A stretch of 64,000 nucleotides of DNA from Lytechinus pictus (lineage: Eukaryota). A program made the position numbers and the translations under genes. Below are positions 1-12,400 of this stretch, piece after piece. The notes below the pieces were generated by a model. The model was not told where the DNA came from and searched no databases. It worked only from the letters and a program-made list of their open reading frames with translations. Every line of letters starts with the position of its first letter. Positions within the stretch are counted from its first letter, which is position 1. The stretch lies in contig NC_087263.1 in assembly GCF_037042905.1 (NCBI RefSeq), forward strand, positions 14,818,001 to 14,882,000. Direction: 5' to 3'.

Positions 1-216
1 CATCGCCTCTCACTTAACTGTGTGAAGTCCTCTCCCAACAAATTCTGCAAAATAACATGTTGTCACTTATGATATTTATGTTATTGATGATCTCATATGC
101 CATCCAATGGCTCGAACTCAGCAAACATTTCTCTTGTATATAAACAAGCTACAAATATAAACAAACATTCCAACTTTATTAAAAACCTAAAAAAATACAC
201 TCTCTTCAATATTCAG

Positions 217-409
217 ATTCAGGTGTGCTGGATATCGACGGTAGCTTATTGACAGAAGACCAAGCCTATGAATTCACACTTGAGGTTGGAACTTACTTAG
301 GCACCTATCAATCTGAACACTTCAGTGTGACACGCTCAGCAGAGGCAGTACCTGACATATCAATTCTGCCTCCTGACATAGATCTGGAGAATGTTCCATT
401 GTCTAAAAG
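217..409 (+). CDS. REJ-family gene exon 1 in window (DSGVLDIDGSLL...VPLSKR)
   Basis: ttcag acceptor (alternative in-frame AG at 221-222), open frame, AG|gtaaaa donor in phase 2. Confidence 0.8.
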
Positions 410-3400
410 GTAAAATCTTATAAGGCTTACGTCATTTTCGTGAATCAGGGGTGGGGTTTAACTGTGACTTTGCTAACAAGGTATGTAGGGTACGTGACGC
501 AGGTGAGTGTGGAGGCATATTGTTCTGTGTAAGGGCATCTAGGGTGTAACAAGCATACTTGTAAAGTGATATTGCACCGTGGAAGGGCATCTGGGGTGAA
601 ACGAGGGTGCCTGTAAGGTGACATTTCACTGTGGAAGGGCATCTGGGGTAACAAGGGTGCTTGTAATGTGGCATTGCACTGTGGAAGGCATGTAGGGTGA
701 GACAAGGGTGCTTGTACAGAGACATTGCACTGTGGAAGGGCATCTAGGGTGAAACAAGGGTGCTTTTAAGGTGACATCGCACTGTGGAAGGGAATCTAGT
801 GTGAAACAAGGGTGCTTGTAAGATTACATTGCACTGGATTGGCATTTAGGGTGAAACAAGGGTGTTTGTAAGGTGCCATTGCATTGTGGAAGGGCATCTA
901 AGATGAAACAAGGGTGCTTGTAAGGTGGCCTTGCACTGTGGAAGGTCATTTAGGATGAAACAATGGTGTTTGTAAGGTGACATTGCACTGTGGAAGGGCA
1001 TTTAGAGTGAAACAATGGTGTTTGTAAGGTGGCATTGCACTGTGGAAGGGCATTTAGAGTGAAACAATGGTGTTTGTAAGGTGACATTGCACTGTGGAAG
1101 GGCATTTAGGGTGAAACAAGGGGGTTTGTAAGGTGCATTGCACTGTGGAAGGGCATCTAAAGTGAAACAAGGGTGCTTTGTAAGGTGACATTGCACTGTG
1201 GGATGGCATCTAGGATGAAATAATGTTCTTTTAAGGTGACATTGCACTGTGGAAGGGCATCTAGGGTGATACAAGCAGGCCTGCAAGGTGGCATTGCACT
1301 GTGGAAGGGCATTTAGAGTGAAACAAGGATGTTTGTAAGGTGACATTGCACTGTGGAAGGGCATTTAGGGTGAAACAAGGGTGTTTGTAAGGTGCATTGC
1401 ACTGTGGAAGGGCATCTAAAGTGAAACAAGGGTGCTGGTAGGGTGACATTGCATTGTGGAAAGGCATCTAATGGGAAATAAGGGTGCCCTTAAGGTGACA
1501 TTGCACTGTGGGATGGCATCTAGGGCTAAATAATGTTCTTTTAAGGTGACATTGCACTGTGGAAGGGCATCTAGGGTGAAACAAGGTTCCTTTAAGGTGA
1601 CATTGCACTGTGGAAGGGCATTTAGGGTGAAACAAGGGTGCTTGCAAGGTGACATTGCACTGTGGAAGGGCATCTAGGGTGAAACAAGCGTGCCTGCAAG
1701 GTGGCATTGCAATGTGGAAGGGAATTTAGAGTGAAACAAGAGTGTTTGTAAGGTGACATTGCACTGTGGAAGGGCATTTAGGGTGAAACAAGGGTGTTTG
1801 TAAGGTGCATTGCACTGTGGAAGGGCATCTAAAGTGAAACAAGTGTGCTTGTAAGGTGACATTGCACTGTGGAAGGGCATCTAGAGTGAAACAAGGGTGT
1901 TTGTGAGGTGGAATTGCACTGTGGAAGGCCACTTAGGGTGAAACAAGGGTGCCGTAAGGTGACATTGCACTGTGGATGGGCATCTAGGGTGAAACAAGGG
2001 TGCGTGTAAGTTGACATTGCACTGTGGAAGGGCACTTTAATAGGGCGAAACAATACTGCTTGTAAGGTGATATTGCACTGTGGAAGGGTATTTAGGGTGG
2101 AACAAGGGTGCTTGTAAGATGACATTGCACTGTGGAAGGGCATTTAAGGTCAAACAAGGGCGCCTGTGAGGTGACATTCCACTGTGGAATGGCTTTTAGG
2201 ATGAAACAAGGGTGCCTGTAACGTGACAATGCAATATGGAAGGGCATCTAGAATGAAACAAGGGTTTTTGTAAGGTTACATTTCCACTGTGAAGGGCATC
2301 TATGGTGAAATAAGGGTGTTTGTAAGGTGGCATTGCACTGTAGAAGGGTAACTAGTGTGAAATAATGGTGCTTGCAAGGTGGCATTGCACTGTGAAAGCG
2401 CATCTAGGGTGAAACATGGGTGCTTGCAAGGTGGCATTGCACTGTGGAAGGGCATTTAGAGTGAAACAAGGGTGTTTGTAAGGTGACATTGCACTGTGGT
2501 AGGACATTTAGTGTGGAACAAAGGTGCTTGTAAGGTTACATTGCACTGTGGAAGGACATTTAGGGTAAAACAAGGGTGCTTTTAAGGTGGCATTGCACTG
2601 TGGAATGGCATTTAGGGTGTAACAAGGTTCCTTTAAAGTGACATTGCACTGTGGAAGGGCATTGAGTGTGAAACAAGGGTGCCTGCAAGGTGGCATTGCA
2701 CTGTGGAAGGACATTTAGGGTGAAACAAGGGTGCCTGCAAGGAGGCATTGCACTGTGAAAGGACAATTAGGGTGAAACAAGGGTGCTTTTAAGGTGACAT
2801 TGGACTGTGGAAGGGCATCTAGGGTGAAACAAGGGTGCCTGTGAGGTGGCATCGCACTGTGAAAGGGCACTTTGGTTTATTCAAGGTTTATTGCAGTATG
2901 ATATTGCACTGTGAAAGGATATTAAGGGTGATTGAAGGGTGACAGTCTGGTGATTCCAAATGAATATACTGCCCCCTTTTCCGAGATATTATATAGGCCT
3001 GTTGCTTAGAGGAAAAGTTTCAATCCTACACGATTTAGCTACCGCTTTTTCTCTGTGATCCTTTACTCCAATAAAAAAATTTGGGGTTTACAATCATGTC
3101 CGTTATATGTAAGGGGTATAAATGTAGTGTGTTATCATACAAGTGTGCATTACAAGACTACACATCTTAGAATGTTGCATTATGGGTTTAAGAACCTGGA
3201 TACATGTGAGGTGGTTCGCTGTTCAAGGATGCTGGTTTGTAATTGCTTCAAGGCATATAGAAAATATTTTATGACAAATTGATCTTTCCAATGCTCGGGG
3301 GAGCCAGTCAAAATGTATTGCTGTACACTTGCGTGACCAAATTATTTCCAAACACCCCCTAAACGAGTTTTTCTCTGTGTGCAAAATTCCAAATTCAAAT

Positions 3401-6400
3401 TCAAATTCAATTCGGTTTTATTCAACAATACTCATCAAAAGTCCGAAGACTAACAATGTGAGTTTACAATAAAAAACACATAAAAGAGAAAATAAATAAA
3501 TACATAACATGCAGTGACCATTAAAGAGAAAAAAATATATATATCATGTTTAAATATGCAATAACAGTATAACAACAAATTGAATGAGCAGATGCATGTA
3601 ATGAGACACATTTAATTTATATATTTTAAAAAAAAAAGGACAAATAAAGACAGGCAAGCAGGTGAGGAGCAAGAAAGGGGAGCAAGCATAAAATAACCCC
3701 CTAAACAAGTTTTTCGCGGGCTTTATTTACATAGTTTGGCTCCTAAACAAGTTGTCGCCAGAATGGGGAAAAAGCTTGTGGGAAAAAAGCATACCCTATT
3801 TACACGTTCGGCTAGTCTTAAAAAAAAAAGCTTTGAAAAAATTTACATACCGTTTGACCCCGCGATTGACCATTGACCAGTCTTTCAAAACTTCCCTTTT
3901 CTTTGAAAATCAGTGTTTTTGATTCTCTTAACGAGTGCACACGCAGCACGCGTCCAAAACTGAAAAAAATATCCCTTTAAACGCGTTTTTTGGGTCACGC
4001 AAGTGTACAGCAATATATTTGACTGCCCCCCTGGCTTGTGATAAATGGTATTCCTGATTTTCATGATTAATTGTTGTAGTCAAAGCTATCAATTAAGATA
4101 AAAATGTTCTGCGACAATTGCTTTGTGTTACGGGCCCCTGTCTCTATCTTATAGGTTTGTTCTGAAGACCAAGGTAACCTTCTATGCAGACTGCGTTGGA
4201 GGTGGTCCAGCAAGAACAGAATACCAATGGACCGTAAATAAGAACAACTTTGAAGGGAAGATTCTTGGCGGAATTACAGACAAGAACAGGCTGACCATAA
4301 TCCCCTATGGGTACACCTTTACTGGTGAGTATTTTCACTCCTAATTGGCCATTAAAAAAGCTGATATGGTAGTTGAATCCTTGATAGTCTTCCCGCCTAT
4401 CATTACTATTTTGTGAAAGCTAAATATGATGTAGACCATGTGTGTGTTGTAGACAGGTTGCCAACAGTAAATGGGTTCCTGTATCGTTTGTCTTTATCCA
4501 GTAGATGCTGAATCAGCAATGTTCACAGCTGTGGAAAGAGCAGAACAGTAGAAGTAGGTTTTAGAATCCTCTAAAAAGCATTCCCAGTTTCAAGATAAAT
4601 AAATGCCAATTGTTGTAACGATTTCAAAATGTGTTCGAACAGAATCCAATGAAATTATTAGTGTCTGTTTGCATAAATAAAAAGTGTGATAAAGGATAAT
4701 TTATGGAAGAAATTGTGTAATTGCTGAGAAATTAGAAAATTAAGTGCACATTCAAGTAAAATTGTCAGATCCTTTTCCTAGCAATAATATCACACAGTCC
4801 CACTTGTGCTTATCTGTGTTGGCGACCTTCAGTGTGATCGTCTTTCAGCTTATATTTCATGATTTCACAAAGTTCAGTTTATGTAACTGTACCAGATCTA
4901 GATCCCCCCTGATAAAGTGACAATTAATTTTGTATGTTACAAACTTTCTTTTGAAATAAGTGTTTACTGCAAATTTTTTTTGTATCTTTGATATATTACC
5001 TACCTGGCAGGTTACATTATGCAGCAAATCATATGTTGTGTGACAGATGAATGATGATTCATGGGGGATTTGTTTTCTCTTGCACCATATCTCCTCTCTC
5101 CCTATATAGCATGTTTTAGTACATATTTCTTCCAGTCTTCTTCCTTAATCGTAACAGTGTTTCCAATCCAGCTCATCAGGGCAATCATGGACAATTATTT
5201 AACTTTTTCCAGTCAGGGAACTTGATCAAAATATCTCAAATTAGGAAAGTCAGGGAATATTATTACCCCCCCCCCCCAAAAAAAAAAAAGAGAAAGAAAG
5301 AAAGAAAGAAAAAAAGAAAAAAAAAGAGCAATTCCATAAAATGATCAACCTTTTTATACTTATACGTCCAACCCCAATTTTTCTCAAGTTTGGTCCTTTG
5401 AGAACATTACAGACTGTCAAAAGAACAAGAAATCACTTTATGAAGGTCCCACATATAGCGGATCGGACATACATACTTTATGGAACTGCCCAAATCTGAA
5501 ATATGAAATAATTGCCATATTTAGTGATACTTTATCATGGAAAAGTTGGGGAAAATTTAGAGAACATTCAGGAATTTTGGTTTCTTGAAATACTGGTATA
5601 CCTAGCTGAAAGAGTTTATTGAATAGATTTGATGGAGACACACCTGGAGCAGTCTTCTTTTCAAATTTGATACATCAAAGCTTCCATACCTGTCTCAGGA
5701 GGGGAGGTTATATTTTTTCTCACGATACTGCCCATTCAAAAAGAATGCATTTATTTGCCGTTTGTGATGTTTAACTGATTGAGGATCACTTTGTTCAGAA
5801 GCATTTGCTATTAATATAAGTGTCAATACAGACTAATTTTACTTGTTCAGAAGCATGCAGTGCCAGTTTGATGATCACTTTATGGCATGCCTGTTCAGAA
5901 GCATTTCAATATACGTCTAATTCGTGTGCACACCTTTCTTTTCATTGAAGATGACAATTACGATGTGACCTTCACCGTAGAAGCGACCTTCGAAGGTATT
6001 GCGACACCACTTACAAGCAGCATCACCGTACGCTTTGCTCCATCAGATCTTGTTGCAACGATAAAAGGAGCCAGCCGAAAAAGTGTCGGTGTGGACGTGG
6101 GGCCTGTGTCGCTTGATGGTAGCTTGTCATACGATCCTGATATACCGCGGAATGAAGACCAAAGTTCTGGGTTGACCTACTTATGGACTTGTGTACAGGT
6201 AAATTATATTGATAAAATGTTAAATGCAGTATTATGGTTTTTTTAATTGTGATACAAAATGATTACAAAGAGCGACAATGCCTTGGATAATTGTTGTGCC
6301 CTTATTAATTTTTCCCATCGGCCTCGGTGGTGTGATATAAAAAAAACTATGCCGTACATAAAATATTATTTATCAAAAGCGTACCTCACCTGGGATGAGT

Positions 6401-9400
6401 GCAAAACATTATGCATATAAATTTCTTACTGGAGGAAATTATCATGACTCTGGTTATACCTGCTGGCTGATTGCAAGAAACTAACCACCAATTGCAAATC
6501 AATCATTTTATGTTTAGCAATTAATTACAAGTTTGGAATTGATTGCTAATTTGCTTCTAGCTGGAAATAACAAATGTAAACTGATTGTGTTACAGCTATT
6601 GATTGCATACTTGAATGTAAAATTGCAGTAGAAATTGATTTGGACTTGATTACAAGTATTTTCTTTATATCCCCTACGAGATGCGAGTGAGAACTATACC
6701 ATAACACTTGCAATAACCAGACTGTTCACTTGCTTCCGTCTTTTCAGGGTGCAGATCAGCTGTGTATAAATGCGCAGGATGGTTCCAACTTTCCACCCGC
6801 CGCTGACAGCACGTCAGCAGTCTTGAACGCCAATGCAAACTACATGGTCGCTGGAGAGACCTATACCCTAACGTTGGAGGTTTCATCCGGGAGCAGACGT
6901 GCAAGTACTAGTGTAGTCATAGAGGCATTGGCTGGAACCCCACCTCCGGTATGTGGCGTGTCATTCAATTAAAACAATAATATTCAACTTTAAGTAGCAC
7001 TTAATACATCGCAGGTATGTCTTTACACCACCATACTTAATATGTTATCACCCCATTCATCTGTGGCATGCCTGCATACATTGTATTCAGTGTTTCTTGT
7101 TGGTGGGGTAGACCTGACCTTCAATATTCTGCATGAAAATACCCTTTCACTTAATAATCTGAAGTGACGTATGGTGATATTTTGGTTTAAAAATTATGAT
7201 GTTGAATGGATCTTTATTGAAGAATAAGGAGTGCTTGGAAGCATACTGTAGATATTTGATATCTTGGCAAATTTGGGGATACAAAATAATGTTTCAAAGT
7301 GTAGCAGGAAGTTAGGTAGGTGTAGTGGAAACATCAAATGTTTTATTATATCAAATTATTGGCAGTCAAGCTAGCCGGGACTCTTGATTGATGATAGATT
7401 GAAATTATCATTATTATTATTACTATTGTTATTATTTGGTTGGCATCATAATAATAATAATAATAATATGTCCATTTATATAGCGCAGTTACTATTTGCA
7501 TATACTCAACTGTGCTTTGATATCTGTCACACCTGAATAAATTCAAATGGACATAACTTGTGTCGAATGGTGACTCTCTCAACTCACTACTGTAAAACTA
7601 AATAAATGACCATGGAAGACAATTATTATTTAGTTCAACAAATAAAATATGTTTAGTTTTATTACTCGTTTTCCGGCTTCAACTTCCAACATTTAAATTC
7701 AATCTTCTGGTTTTGGTGGACCAGAGTAAACAGAAGATAAACAATAATAACAAAAATATATTCAACTCGAAGGAAGTTACACAATAGTATATATATGGTT
7801 ACAAAACAATGCTTTAAGTCTCTGGAGGGTATAAATAAAATAACCCACTTTAATCAACTGTTGCTTCCTGCTAAAAATTCATGAGGAGTAACGAATGAGT
7901 AAAACGAGCGATGATAAACGACCATCATCAGATCTTGTCAGCGAGGGTGCTGTCCGTTCTTGGTGGGTGCCCTCTAATAAACCTTTACTCCTACTCTTGA
8001 CTGGTCTGGTCAATGGCTGAAAATGAGCTGCCAGACTTCTTTACTTCTGAAGAACCACTGGGTGAACTCCCAGGTAGATGAAGAAGAACCCATCTACAAT
8101 TAAACAATTTCCAAAACTTAAAAAGTCTATGGAATACATATAGGACAATAAACCATAACATAATAGGTTATCTATATTCAAGGAAACATCATTTCCCTAG
8201 CTTAATTCAAGTATTCAAGTATAATCTAGAATGACATAATTCGGTCATTGAAAAGAAAGCATCATCATTTCTCTTAAATCTAACATTTCATACAAAGAAA
8301 TTCCATGACATGAGAAACACTTTCCATAATCCATTAATGCTTAGGAAAAGCAAAGTTTCTTATATATTTTAAGAATATCATTTTAAGACCTTTCAATATT
8401 TCAACAGATGGAATTCTTGTTGACATATAATAATCTTTTAATGAAAAAATATAGTTAGCATCTTTCACATCTCACATTTTAGAGGTTTTCTTTGACCTTT
8501 TGTTATTCTCAATGAATAATAAAAATCCAAGACATAAATGAGACAAAAAAACAACTAAACTTACAGTTTGACTGGGATGACTAAATGCAGGAAATCAGGA
8601 ACAGGCCTCCATGTTGGTTTAGTGAATCTTGACTCTGGAATATAGTTTTATTGCAGCGCAAGTGTTTGGCTTAAAACTCTAACCCTCCATTTCCAATCAC
8701 CCAACTGGACCCAAGGACCAATAGGTCCTGCCTGTGTGAAAGCTGTGCAGATAGTGAGGTACTCCTGCTAAAACAGGCAACCCACCCAGTTAAAAAATGC
8801 TGAGTATGTTAATTACAATTAAGTGCGATGGAGCCTAACCACTGAGCCTAACTACTCACTATTCACTCCAGAGCACTATTGTGCATTACATAATACAAAG
8901 GATTAAGAATACACTTGAGGGGGAAGGTTGAATCTCTAACAATATCATATTATCATATTATTACCCCGGCCGTAGCTGAGCCGCCATATTAATAGGTGCT
9001 AAAGCGTTCAAGGAAGAAATCCTACTGGGTACCCATTTACCTCACCTGGGTCGAGTGCAGCACAATGTGGATAAATTTCTTGCCGAAGGAAATTACGCCA
9101 TGGCTGGGATTAGAACCCACAACCTTCTGCTTCAAAGTCCAGAGACTAATCCACTGGGCCACAATGCTCCAGATCATCTGTGCCTGGGAGATGAAAACCA
9201 AGTTAAATCACTATGACCCGCAGGTCTCTCATCCCGATATAACTGATTGGATGAAAGTTGACCACTACTCTGGGGTTTCCCCCTACTCTTATGTGAATAG
9301 TGCAGTGGGGGTTCTTGACCTGCAAAGATGGTGACTCTCCTCTACATGCGTCTGTAGCTATAATACTGATTATGGTTATCATAGATTTTCATATATGTTG

Positions 9401-12400
9401 TCTTCAGCATTATATTATAATCTTCTTTGGCATCATCATCATTCCACATTACTTTCATTTATTGTCATTGTCAATACAGGTAACGCTAGCTATTCCGGTA
9501 TTTCGCTTCTTAAGCCTGTCGTCAACAGACGCTGTTCCATTAGTAACCGTAATCGGTGATAGGACTCGGCCTGTGACAGATATCAGTAGTATTTCAACGT
9601 TCTGGAGACTTTTGGTCGATGATGGTAATACTTTTAAATCAAACGTCCACTTTTGATAAATTTTGATTAAGTTTATAATGCAGTAAGGTAAAATTCAAAT
9701 TAAATGTTCTTTGCTAAATAGTGTTTTTGTTCGGGTATGTTACAAAAATGGACCCAGCTTGATGGAATAACCCATATGTACTAACTTGGATTGAAAATTT
9801 AATCAAAAACATGCATGCACGAAGAGACGGGTAAGATGTTATTGGTTTACATTTCATCCTTAGTCTCTGTTTTTTTTTTCTCATTTCATGTCTTATTTTT
9901 TCAGATGAAGACGTTGGCTATGAATTCGACACTGGAATTCTGGTTGAAAGGTCGTTTGGGATCATCCAGAGGTCGGAGATAGCTGCAGGTAATATTAAGA
10001 ATGTAAAAGTTATTCTGCTTGTAGCATATGAAATAATAAGTAAGGTCAAAGGTCGTTTCAGATCCTTCAGAGGTCAGAAATAGCTGCAGGTAATATCATA
10101 CAGAATGTAAAAGTTATTCTGCTTGTAGCATATGAAATAATTAGTAAGGTCAAAGGTCGTTTGGGATCCTTCAGAGATAGCTGCAGGTAATATCACTCTA
10201 GTTATTCTGTTTGAAGCATGTAAAAATTATTAAGGTCAAAGGTCATTTGGGATCATTCAGAGGTCAGGTAATTATCATTGAGAATGTGAAAGTCATTCTG
10301 CTTGTAGCTTATGAAATAATGATTAAGATCAAAGGTTGTTTGGGATACTTGAGAGATCAGAGATAGCTGCAGGTAATTATCATTGACAATGTGAAAATAA
10401 TTCTGCTTGTAGCATATAAAAAATAATTAAGGTCAAAGGTTGTTTGGGATACTAGAGAGATCAGAGATAGCTGCAGATAATTATCATTGACAATGTGAAA
10501 AGAATTCTGCTTGTAGCATATAAAAAATAATTAAGGTCAAAGGTTGTTTGGGATACTAGAGAGATCAGAGATAGCTGCAGGTAATTATCATTGACAATGT
10601 GAAAAGAATTCTGCTTGTAGCATATAAAAAATAATTAAGGTCAAAGGTTGTTTGGGATACTTGAGAGATCAGAAATAGCTGCAGGTAATTATCATTGACA
10701 ATGTGAAAATAATTCTGCTTGTAGCATATAAAAAATAATTAAGGTCAAAGGTTGTTTGGGATACTAGAGAGATCAGAGATAGCTGCAGGTAATTATCATT
10801 GACAATGTGAAAAGAATTCTGCTTGTAGCATATAAAAATATAATTAAGGTCAAAGGTTGTTTGGGATACTTGAGAGATCAGAAATAGCTGCAGGTAATTA
10901 TAATTGACAATGTGAAAATAATTCTGCTTGTAGCATATAAAGAATGATTAAGATCAAAGGTTGTTTGGGATACTTGAGAGATCAGAGATAGCTGCAGGTA
11001 ATTATCATTGACAATGTGAAAAGAATTCTGCTTGTAGCATATAAAAAATAATTAAGGTCAAAGGTTGTTTGGGATACTTGAGAGGTCAGAGATAGCTGCA
11101 GGTAATTATCATTGACAATGTGAAAAGAATTCTGCTTGTAGCATATAAAAAATAATTAAGGTCAAAGGTTGTTTGGGATACTTGAGAGATCAGAAATAGC
11201 TGCAGGTAATTATCATTGACAATGTGAAAATAATTCTGCTTGTAGCATATAAAAAATAATTAAGGTCAAAGGTTGTTTGGGATACTAGAGAGATCAGAGA
11301 TAGCTGCAGGTAATTATCATTGACAATGTGAAAAGAATTCTGCTTGTAGCATATAAAAAAATAATTAAGGTCAAAGGTTGTTTGGGATACTTGAGAGATC
11401 AGAAATAGCTGCAGGTAATTATAATTGACAATGTGAAAATAATTCTGCTTGTAGCATATAAAGAATGATTAAGATCAAAGGTTGTTTGGGATACTTGAGA
11501 GATCAGAGATAGCTGCAGGTAATTATCATTGACAATGTGAAAAGAATTCTGCTTGTAGCATATAAAAAATAATTAAGGTCAAAGGTTGTTTGGGATACTT
11601 GAGAGATCAGAGATAGCTGCAGGTAATTATCATTGACAATGTGAAAAGAATTCTGCTTGTAGCATATAAAAAATAATTAAGGTCAAAGGTTGTTTGGGAT
11701 ACTTGTGAGGTCAGAGATAGCTGAAGGTAATATCATTGACAATGTGAACGTCATTCTGCTAGTAGCATATAAGGTCAAAGGTCGTTTGGGATCCTTCAGA
11801 GGTCAGAAAAAGCTGCAGGTAATATCAATGAGAATGCAAAATTTATCCGCATGTATATAGCATATAATGTAAAAGTCATTCTGCTTGTAACATGAAATAA
11901 TCAGTAAGGTCAAAGGTCGTTTGGGATCATTCAGAGATAGCTGCAGGTAATATCACGCATAATATAGTCATTCTGTTTGTACCATATAAAAAAAATCAGT
12001 AAGGTCAAAGGCTGTTTGGGATCGTTAAGAGATCAGAGCTAGCTGCAGGTAATATCATTCATGATATATAAGTCATTCTGTTTGTAGTATAATCAGTAAA
12101 GTCAGAGGTCAGAGATAGTTGCAGGAAATGTGAAAGCCATTCTGCTTCTAGCATATAAAATCAGTAAGGCCAAAGGAAGGGGACACTCATTCTAGATGAA
12201 TGTGCCACCCATTTCAGACCTTAAATTCAAGTTCCAGTGCATTGCAATTTTAGAGGCCTCAGAAACGTCCATCTTTGAGACCCCCAAGGTTGTACTTGTA
12301 TGACACTTCCACCTGAAAATTGCACCCATGTGCTATTTTGCAGTGGAAATGCATTATGTCATGTACGTTTAGATGATGTATTCTAATTACTGGTTCATTC

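Noticed and set aside
432-2766. Many Cys/His/Pro-rich minus-strand ORFs
   Set aside because: They are translations of the 52-bp minisatellite; the unit length is not a multiple of 3 and no frame is maintained.
505-12175. Possible CRISPR-like arrays (52-bp and 104-bp repeats)
   Set aside because: Whole units repeat with no unique spacers, there are no cas genes, and the context is eukaryotic introns.
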